Source: Candidatus Eiseniibacteriota bacterium (GTDB taxonomy: Bacteria > Eisenbacteria > RBG-16-71-46). Taken from it: DNA of 54,973 nucleotides. The first letter of the stretch is position 1, and every line of letters starts with the position of its first letter. Positions 9,330 to 16,848 of this stretch are shown here, in pieces. The notes beneath the pieces were generated by a model. The model did no database searches. It had not been told where the DNA came from and saw only the letters and a list, made by a program, of their open reading frames with translations. A program made the position numbers and the translations under genes. Location: positions 1 to 54,973 of the forward strand of contig JBGPFC010000028.1 in the NCBI GenBank assembly GCA_041483195.1, in the 5' to 3' direction.

Positions 9330-10226
9330 ATGCGCGCGAGCTACCGCGAAGAGCCCTGCCGGGCGGCGCTGAACCGGGTGACCGGGATGGACTTCAACTG
9401 GTCGCTCAATCCCTACATGGGCTGCGCGCACCGCTGCACCTTCTGCTACGTGCGCGCATTCGAGCGCCGCGCCGATCGCCCGTCCGACGAACGCTACGGA
9501 ACCAGCATCCGCGTGAAGATCAACATGCCCGAGGTGCTGCGCGCCGAGCTCGCGCGCGAGAGCTGGCGGCGCGAGGGCGTGGTGGTCGGCGCCGCGACCG
9601 ATCCCTACCAGCCCGCCGAGGGGCGCTATCGCCTGACGCGCGCCTGCCTCGCGCTGCTCGCGGGCGCGCGCAATCCGTTCGATCTCATCACGCGCTCGCC
9701 GCTCGTGGTGCGCGACATCGACGTGCTGCAGGAGGCGTCGCGCCGCGCCGCGGTCTCGATCAACTTCTCGGTGCCGACCCTCGACGATCGAGTGTGGCGC
9801 ACGACCGAGCCCGGCACCCCGCCCCCGCGCCAGCGGCTGCGCGCGCTCCGCCTGCTGGTGGACGCCGGGATCCGTGCGGGCGTCGCGATGGCGCCGCTGC
9901 TGCCCGGGCTCAGCGATCGACCCGAGCTGCTGCGCGACGTGGTGCGCGCCGCGCGCGAAGCGGGCGCCACGTTTCTCTGGGCGACCCCGGTCAACCTGAG
10001 GCCCGGGACGCGCGAACATTTCATCGAGACGCTCGCGCGCGACTGGCCCGAGCAGCTGCCGCTCTACGAACGGCTGTTCGCGCACGGCTCGTATCTCAGG
10101 CGCGACGATGCAGCGCCGCTCACGCAGGCGGTGAGCGCGCTCAAGGCGCGCCAGGGAATCGCGGACCGCCGCGCGGTCCGGCTCGAGCCGCCGCCCGAGC
10201 CGGAGCAGCTCGCGCTCGCGGTGTGA
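9330..10226 (+). CDS. Spore-photoproduct-lyase-like radical SAM protein (Rv2578c/PA0069 family)
   Basis: SLNPYMGCAHRCTFCY, TDPYQPAE and ITRSPLV.RD are characteristic of this family. Confidence 0.9.
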   Translation: MRASYREEPCRAALNRVTGMDFNWSLNPYMGCAHRCTFCYVRAFERRADRPSDERYGTSIRVKINMPEVLRAELARESWRREGVVVGAATDPYQPAEGRYRLTRACLALLAGARNPFDLITRSPLVVRDIDVLQEASRRAAVSINFSVPTLDDRVWRTTEPGTPPPRQRLRALRLLVDAGIRAGVAMAPLLPGLSDRPELLRDVVRAAREAGATFLWATPVNLRPGTREHFIETLARDWPEQLPLYERLFAHGSYLRRDDAAPLTQAVSALKARQGIADRRAVRLEPPPEPEQLALAV

Positions 10227-10254
10227 GGCAGGCGTTCTTCGAAGTCGCGCGATT

Positions 10255-12936
10255 CTAAGCCGCGCGCCGCCCGCGGTCTTCGTCGGCCGCGGAGTGGGCA
10301 GCGACCCGATCGCGATGGCTCCAGAACGGAATGCGCTGCACGATCGATGTGATGAACGCGGCGCCCAGCACGTCGAGAAATCCGGGGCCGCGGCCGGCGC
10401 CGAGCGGCAGGCCGAGCAGCGCCGCGACGCAGGCGGACAGCACGCCGAGCATCACGAACGAGAGCGCGAGCGTGCGCGGATGGGCGATGGCGCGCGGCGA
10501 GAGGCTCGTGACTTCTCCGATCGCGGGGGGCGAGAGCGCGCGCAGCGGCTCGGCGGCGCGAGCGAGCGCCGCTCCGCTCCGTCGCCACGTCTCGATCGCC
10601 GCGATCAGCCGCGGGGTCTCGCGCTTCGCGGCCGCGACGGTGCGGGCGTCCGCCGCGCGCAGGGTGAAGCATCCCTCGCGGCCGCTCGCGGCGTCGCGCC
10701 ACGCCACGCGCGCGCGCGGCGCGCGAATCCAGCCCGGCGTGCCGGCGACGGACTCCACGGCGATCACCTGGTCGCGGCGCAGCGCGAACCGCGCCTCTTC
10801 GCCCACGTAGCACAGCCGGTCGTCACGCAGCACGAGCGTGCCCACGTCCCAGTCCGAGAATCCCTCGTAGACGTTCGGCGAATCCCCGGGCGCGAGCCCG
10901 ACGAAGACGCCGTCGCCGGCGCCCGCGCCATTGGCCTCGAGCCGCGCGAGCAGCCGCCCGCGCAACGCGCGGTAGGGGCGGGTGGCGAGCGCGTTCCAGC
11001 CGGCGATCGCGGCCGCGACCGACGCCAGGGTGGCGATCGCGAACACGACGCCGTGCGATTCGATTCCGAGCGCGCGCGCCACCCCCACCACGATCGCGGG
11101 CGCGATCACGCCCAGCGCGACGACGCGCAGCATGATGCCCGCCGCCGCCCCCTGTTTGAACGTCGTCGAGAACACCTTGCCGGAGGCCCTGGCCGATTCG
11201 GGCAGCGGGTACGGCTCGGCCGGCTCGCCCTCGGCGCGCACCAGCGCCTCCACGCGCTCCGGCGCGATTCCCTCGCGCCGGCCGATCGCCATCGCGCGGC
11301 GAACGGTGGACGGATGGGTGAGCAGGCGCGTGCTGGGGCCGCGCCATTCGAGCGGAACGTGATTCAGGCGGTTCAGGCGCGCGAGGCCCGTGATCAGCGC
11401 CTCGGGATCGCCGCACAGGTCGACGGCGCCCGCGTCTGCCTGATACTCGAAGGCCCGCGCGAGGGCGACCATCGCGAGCGGCGCCGCCAGCAGCGCCGCC
11501 GGCATCGCCAGCGATGGACGGAGATACAGGAGCGCACCGTACGTGATCGCGTACGTCCCGATCGCGCAGAGCCCGAGCCACGCCAGATGGCGGCGCCGGA
11601 GGTGGGCGATCTCGTGCGCCATCACGGCGTCCACCTCGCGGCGCCCGAGGTGGCGGAGCAGATAGTCCGTGAGCAGCACGACGTTTCCGCGCATGGCGAA
11701 CGCATTGGCCATGCGCTGACGCGACATCGGCACGACGTAGAGCTGCTGGAGCCTGACGTTCGCGCGCCGGGCCAGTGAGAAGATGGCGTCGCGCAGCGGC
11801 CCGTGGGTCACCGCGTGCGGCGCGAAGCCCTGCGCGCGGATCTGAAGTCGCGTGAAGAGCACCACCCCGGCGATCGCGCCGACGCATGCGACCGCCGCGA
11901 CCGCCGCGTGGAGCACTCCGGTGCCGGCGGTGGCGATCGCGAGGCCGGCGCAGGCGGTCAGCAGCGCGGCGCTCCGCCACACGCTCGGCATCACCGCCTT
12001 CGAGAGCGGCTGCCCGGTGTCGCGGATGCGCGCGGACACCGCGTGCGAGAGCGCGGCGAACACGATTCCGATCGCGAGCGGCGGGAACATCAGCAGCGGC
12101 CACGCGATGGACGTCGCGATCGCGCCCTCGGGCGCCAGCGAAGCGACCAGCGCCTGGGCGTGGGTGGCACCGACCCCCGCGATCCACGCCGGCCACAGCG
12201 CGTACGACACCACGTTCACGCGGCGGCAGAAGTCGAACCAGACGCGCGCGGCATCGCCCGCCGGGGCGCGCAGCGCCGCGGCCCGCAGCCATGCGACGCA
12301 AGCGATCGGCAGCAGCATCAACGCGAGCAGCAGGCCCATGGCGAGCGCGGCATCGCGCGGGCGGAAGCCGAACGCCAGCTCGAGGCGCGACGGCGAGTCG
12401 GCATCGAGCGCGAAGCTCAGGCTCCGTTCGCGATCGGACTCGATCCCGTTCGCGAGCCGGCCCGCGGCGAGCCGCGAGTATGGAACTCGCGGGTGGCTCA
12501 GCCAGATGTTGAGCCGCCGCGCCCCGGACTCGCGCAGCGCGCGCTCGAGCGGCGCGATCTCGAGCGCCGCCTCGCGCACCATGCCGTGGCGCGCGAGCGC
12601 TCGTGGTGCGGAGGCGGTGGCCATCGAAGCGGTTCCGATCCGGGTGACCTCGACCGGAGCCGGCGGATCCGAGAGCGCGCGGCCCATCGCCTCCGCGACC
12701 GATGGCTCGATCGCGAACGGAAGCACCAGGGTGGCGGCGAGCCGGCCGCCTTCGCCCGCGACCAGCGCGAGGTTGGCGGTCGCGTCGTCGCCATCGCCCT
12801 CGGAAGCGGAAGGCGCCGGGACCTGCGCGATCGCCGCGATCGATGCGATCGCCGCGATCGATGCGAGCGCGAACGCCATGAGGATGATCGCGAGGGCGCG
12901 CCCGGGGCGCGGGCCGGAATGCGAAACGTTCGCCAT
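10255..12936 (-). CDS. Large membrane M48 (HtpX/Ste24-like) zinc metalloprotease
   Basis: ANAFA, AVMAHEIAH, EYQADAGA and THP motifs with multiple TM segments. Confidence 0.8.
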   Translation of the reverse strand: MANVSHSGPRPGRALAIILMAFALASIAAIASIAAIAQVPAPSASEGDGDDATANLALVAGEGGRLAATLVLPFAIEPSVAEAMGRALSDPPAPVEVTRIGTASMATASAPRALARHGMVREAALEIAPLERALRESGARRLNIWLSHPRVPYSRLAAGRLANGIESDRERSLSFALDADSPSRLELAFGFRPRDAALAMGLLLALMLLPIACVAWLRAAALRAPAGDAARVWFDFCRRVNVVSYALWPAWIAGVGATHAQALVASLAPEGAIATSIAWPLLMFPPLAIGIVFAALSHAVSARIRDTGQPLSKAVMPSVWRSAALLTACAGLAIATAGTGVLHAAVAAVACVGAIAGVVLFTRLQIRAQGFAPHAVTHGPLRDAIFSLARRANVRLQQLYVVPMSRQRMANAFAMRGNVVLLTDYLLRHLGRREVDAVMAHEIAHLRRRHLAWLGLCAIGTYAITYGALLYLRPSLAMPAALLAAPLAMVALARAFEYQADAGAVDLCGDPEALITGLARLNRLNHVPLEWRGPSTRLLTHPSTVRRAMAIGRREGIAPERVEALVRAEGEPAEPYPLPESARASGKVFSTTFKQGAAAGIMLRVVALGVIAPAIVVGVARALGIESHGVVFAIATLASVAAAIAGWNALATRPYRALRGRLLARLEANGAGAGDGVFVGLAPGDSPNVYEGFSDWDVGTLVLRDDRLCYVGEEARFALRRDQVIAVESVAGTPGWIRAPRARVAWRDAASGREGCFTLRAADARTVAAAKRETPRLIAAIETWRRSGAALARAAEPLRALSPPAIGEVTSLSPRAIAHPRTLALSFVMLGVLSACVAALLGLPLGAGRGPGFLDVLGAAFITSIVQRIPFWSHRDRVAAHSAADEDRGRRAA
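12827..12866. repeat. Perfect 18-bp tandem duplication within the M48 N-terminal hydrophobic segment
   Basis: GCGATCGCCGCGATCGAT x2 plus GCGA; encodes (ASIAAI)x2 on the minus strand. Confidence 0.8.
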
Positions 12937-13014
12937 TCGCCGGTTATCGGCTCAGCCGGACGGCGGCTGAAGCCGGCCGCGGAGGGCGCGCGATTCAGGC
13001 GCGGGCGGCCGGGC

Positions 13015-14253
13015 TCAGCGCGCTTCGGGGAGCCGCAGCCGCGCGATCGCCGCGATGCCGAGCGCGGGGCCGATCGCGAGCACCGGGAACGCCCACGCCC
13101 AGCCGAGCGCGTGCGCCAGGTGCGGCACGAGCTGGATGCTCGCCATCGTGAGCAGGAATCCGATCGAGGTCTGGAGCGTGAGCGCGGTGCCGACCGCGTG
13201 CGACGGCGCGACCTCGGTGACCAGCGCGCTGAACTGGGCGGAATCCGCGACCACGAAGAATCCCCACAGCCACGCGAGCGGCACGACGATCCAGAGGCTC
13301 GCGCCGAAGCAGAACCCGATCGCCAGCGCGCACGCTCCGCTCACGAGCATCGCGCGGGTCACGACCCGCGCGTAGCCGATGCGCCCCGCGGCCCAGCCGC
13401 CCCACACGCATCCGAGCCCGCCCGCCGCGATCGCGCCGAACGCGAACAGGTCCACGATCGCGTGCGAGGGCGCCCCGCGTCCCGCGAGCGCGCGCGCGGC
13501 GGCGCTCGCCGCGAGGAACGCGGGCAGCCAGGTCCACATCGCGTACAGCTCCCACATGTGCCCGAGGTAGCCGCCGATCGCGAGCCGCGTCTCGCGATGG
13601 TGGATCGCGGTCGCGGCGAGCTTCCACGAGAAAGCGCGGCGGGCGAACGGAAACGGGCCGTCGCGATAGAGCGCCGCGATCAGCGCGGCGGCGAGCAGCG
13701 CGCCGGCGGACGCCGTGAACGTGACCTCGCGCACGCCCGCGCCATGCATCGCGTGCACCAGGTAGGGCGTCGCCTTGCCGATGGTGAGCGCGCCCACCAC
13801 CGTGCCGATCGCGAGCCCGCGCCGCGCTCGGAACCAGGTCGCGATCATCTTCAGCGCGGGCGGATAGACGCCGGCCAGGAAGCAGCCGGTGAAGAAGCGG
13901 CAGACCAGCGCCGCCTGGAATCCCGGCGCGACCGCGAGCGCGGCATTCGCGATCGCGGCCAGCACCGCTGCGCCAGCGAAGTAGCCGCGCGCGGGCAGCA
14001 GGTCCGCGAGGTTGAGCAGCGCGGCGCATGCGGTCCCCGCGACGAATCCGAGCTGCACGGCGGTGGTGAGCCATCCGATCCGCGCAGCATCGAGGCCCCA
14101 CTCGGCCGAGAGCTGCGGCGCGAGCGCTGCGGCGGCGAACCACAGCGACATGCCGAGCAGCTCGGCGAGCGAGACCAGCGCGAGCATGCGCCAGCGCGCG
14201 GGCTCGTGCTCGGCGGCGACCTCGGGCGCCGGATGTGCGGGGGGTCCGCTCAT
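13015..14253 (-). CDS. MFS transporter
   Basis: About 12 TM segments; MSLWF, AVQLGF, GVYPP.LK..ATWF, HMWELYAMW and ADSAQFSA motifs. Confidence 0.9.
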   Translation of the reverse strand: MSGPPAHPAPEVAAEHEPARWRMLALVSLAELLGMSLWFAAAALAPQLSAEWGLDAARIGWLTTAVQLGFVAGTACAALLNLADLLPARGYFAGAAVLAAIANAALAVAPGFQAALVCRFFTGCFLAGVYPPALKMIATWFRARRGLAIGTVVGALTIGKATPYLVHAMHGAGVREVTFTASAGALLAAALIAALYRDGPFPFARRAFSWKLAATAIHHRETRLAIGGYLGHMWELYAMWTWLPAFLAASAAARALAGRGAPSHAIVDLFAFGAIAAGGLGCVWGGWAAGRIGYARVVTRAMLVSGACALAIGFCFGASLWIVVPLAWLWGFFVVADSAQFSALVTEVAPSHAVGTALTLQTSIGFLLTMASIQLVPHLAHALGWAWAFPVLAIGPALGIAAIARLRLPEAR

Positions 14254-14304
14254 GGGTGAGCGCAGCATACAGGTTGCGGCGAGAGGCGCGCGCGATGCTG
14301 GTGA

Positions 14305-14319
14305 TGGTGCGAAGGAGAG
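14305..14319 (-). other. tRNA-Leu-like 3' end fragment (possible att-site remnant)
   Basis: The minus strand reads CTCTCCTTCGCACCA, resembling the T-stem/acceptor/ACCA end of GCGAAGG-starting tRNA-Leu. It sits at the compositional boundary. Confidence 0.4.
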
Positions 14320-14350
14320 ATTGCGTGCGGTTCTGAAAAGTAGGCCCTGT

Positions 14351-16207
14351 TCAGGCGAGGAGCGCGTTGGCCCGCTTGAAGAGTTCATCGAAGCGATCAA
14401 GTGTCGCAGCAGAGAGCTTGGGCAGCAGCGCGACTTGATTCTCGAGGAAGTAGCGCGCCGGCTGGTAGTGGTCGAACTTCGAGCCGATGGCAACCTCGAT
14501 GCGCTTGAGAATGCGGCCCGTTCCCTTGAGTTGGCTCGCCTTCACCGAGACCGTTTTCGATGCGACCAGCAAGTCGATGTAGAAGTCCTGCTCAAACAGG
14601 TCCTCGATGTCCGCCTCGGGCGTCTTCGTAATCTCGGTCAGCGGGAGCAGCTTCTCGCCGGCGATGATCCCGCGTTCGACGAGGGACGAAATCTTCTGCG
14701 AGCCGCCGGAAGCGACGTCGAGCACCACCGCCACGCTCAGCTGCGCGCCGAGAAGGGCAACGAAGGTCGGGATCTTGTCCATGCCTCCAACTGGGACGAT
14801 TACCCAACGAGAATTGAGATTCGTGCGGCCGAGAGCGGCGAGATGGCCGCCGATGACCTGAAAGTACAGGTAGTCGGCCGGCCCTTCCACAACGAGGTTG
14901 TCGGGGCCGAGGAAGAGTGTCTGCGCTAGGTCATACCCAAGGGCCGCTTGCAGGGGAAAGCGAGTATCCTTCGTGGTCGAGAGGACATCCATGCTGACCT
15001 TTGTTCCTTCGTTGTCGACGTCCTCAACTGTGCGCACTCGGTCAAGTCGAGTCGGCGCGATGAGAAATGGGGAGTGCGTCGAGTAAAGCACTTGGTGATC
15101 GGGCGCGAGGCGCTCATCGATGAATCGCAGCAGGTCGCCCTGCGCAGCGGCATGGAGACCGAGGCCTGGCTCGTCGAGAAGGAGAATCAGCGGGTCATCG
15201 CTGTCGCGAAACTCCGAGAAGTACGCAAGGAAGGAGAAGAACCACACGAACCCCTGCGAGCGCTCGCCGAAATTGAGCGTTACGCGGTGGCGGTTGTTGC
15301 GAATCCGGACGTCTAGGAACGGCGGCGAGCCCCAGCGATCGGACGCCGGAGTGTTGAAGTCGACGTCGAGTTCAATGGCGAGGTTCGTGTTCTGGCTCCA
15401 GTACTCGAATACCTCGTCCGTGAGTTGGTTCGCGGCGGCTTCGAGCGATGCCTTCCGCGCCTCGTACTCCGCCTGGGTAAACTCCTTGGCCTCCACGCCG
15501 GCGAGGCGCAGCAGTGAGAGCGCGGTCCGCTCTCCAGCGTCTAGCTTCTCTGCGGGCGTGTTCTGGAGCTTATGGATCGACACACGCCCTGGCATGATGC
15601 TGTAGTCGTCGAAGTAGAGAAACTTCGGGACCGTCTCGAGCAGGAGGGCCCAAACCTTTTCGGCGTACTTCTTGGCCTCAAGAATTTTCAGGAATGGCGC
15701 GACGGCGGCGGGAGGGTCGTCGAGGCCCTTGAGCTTCCTAACGAGCGCGTCGATCGTGGTGACGCCTTCCGCGATCTTTGCGTCCATGCCAGCCTCGTTG
15801 AGGAGGTGTGCGATCAGCTTATCCTCGTGGAACGGCCAAGAGTGCCAGGTCAGCTCGTTCTTGTAATTCTTCCGGGCCGTGATCGTGCCCTTCGTGAGGA
15901 CGCCTTCGCCGAACTCCTCGTTGACGGTCTCGATGTCCTCGTCTTCCAACTCGAAGACAGCCTCGATGGGGATGAGGCCCGGGACCTTGTCGCGGTCGCG
16001 GTTGTACGTGCGTCGGGGGTAGTCACGGAGGGGGTCGAACGTCTGGCGGGCCCCCGGGAGAGGATTCAGTCGGTAGAGTGCTTCCAGCACTGCGGTCTTG
16101 CCGCTCTCGTTCTTTCCGACCAAGCAAGTCACTTCGGGGTCGATTGGGACCAGACCCGAATCGGTGACGCTCTTGTAGGTCTTGACGTGCATCGACTTCA
16201 GGATCAT
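14351..16207 (-). CDS. OLD-family ATP-dependent nuclease-like protein (ABC/AAA_15 ATPase + TOPRIM)
   Basis: Walker A GKNESGKT, signature-like SQGF, Walker B LLLLDEP and H-loop STHSPF; TOPRIM VVEGPAD, PVGG and DIEDLF. Confidence 0.85.
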   Translation of the reverse strand: MILKSMHVKTYKSVTDSGLVPIDPEVTCLVGKNESGKTAVLEALYRLNPLPGARQTFDPLRDYPRRTYNRDRDKVPGLIPIEAVFELEDEDIETVNEEFGEGVLTKGTITARKNYKNELTWHSWPFHEDKLIAHLLNEAGMDAKIAEGVTTIDALVRKLKGLDDPPAAVAPFLKILEAKKYAEKVWALLLETVPKFLYFDDYSIMPGRVSIHKLQNTPAEKLDAGERTALSLLRLAGVEAKEFTQAEYEARKASLEAAANQLTDEVFEYWSQNTNLAIELDVDFNTPASDRWGSPPFLDVRIRNNRHRVTLNFGERSQGFVWFFSFLAYFSEFRDSDDPLILLLDEPGLGLHAAAQGDLLRFIDERLAPDHQVLYSTHSPFLIAPTRLDRVRTVEDVDNEGTKVSMDVLSTTKDTRFPLQAALGYDLAQTLFLGPDNLVVEGPADYLYFQVIGGHLAALGRTNLNSRWVIVPVGGMDKIPTFVALLGAQLSVAVVLDVASGGSQKISSLVERGIIAGEKLLPLTEITKTPEADIEDLFEQDFYIDLLVASKTVSVKASQLKGTGRILKRIEVAIGSKFDHYQPARYFLENQVALLPKLSAATLDRFDELFKRANALLA

Positions 16208-16254
16208 CGACGGCTCCCTAGGCCGCGCGACGGTGGCGGGCGCGGGCAGCCGGC

Positions 16255-16283
16255 ATTATAGGCTGAGGCTCGTGCTGGGGCAA
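16255..16283 (-). promoter_or_regulatory. Near-consensus sigma70 promoter of the OLD gene
   Basis: Minus strand TTGCCC-17nt-TATAAT; GGGAG RBS before ATG 16207. Confidence 0.75.
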
Positions 16284-16848
16284 TGAGTTGCGCGGATAAC
16301 GCAGGAGGGTTCGAATTCAGATTCCGACGCCGGCAGGGGTGCGCTCGGGACGGTAGCTGGTGGGTGGGTCGTATACCGTCAGAGGAACGGCAGGCAATAG
16401 GCCCAGCTCTCGCTGATCGACATGCTTTGCTGGCCCTTCCGGAGTCGACGTCGCGTTACAGATGATCTGCACGCTCGTGTTCCCGCCCGTGTTGAGTTGG
16501 CCGAGGGGATGGAGGACTGACCGCCGACGCTAGTCACCCACCCGCAGGGTCAACTGCACCCTCCGCCTATACCCGCTGGGTGCGACTGTCGCATTCCGGG
16601 TCCTTGGGTACTTCAATCTAGGTGACGATCGCGCCCCCGCTCCGCTCGACGCAATCATTGGGAGGCACTGGTTGTATGGAGCGGTGCAGAGGGCGCAGCC
16701 ATCGCCGGACCAATCTGTATTGACAAGACGCGGGAGCAGTACCTCGAGCGCAAGAAACAGGGGCGCGGCGCGGACGCTGGGCATTCGTTTGGGGAGCACG
16801 ACGGCCCCTCGTCCTTATGCGCGGCCCGATTGCTGCGCGGCTAATTGG

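Noticed and set aside
16300..16330. GGTTCGAAT T-loop-like sequence suggesting a tRNA
   Set aside because: No cloverleaf, acceptor stem or CCA end can be built around it.
1172..16465. Shared 12-mer CGTTACAGATGA at ~1172-1183 and ~16454-16465
   Set aside because: A 12-bp match is expected by chance in 55 kb, and there is no extended flanking similarity.
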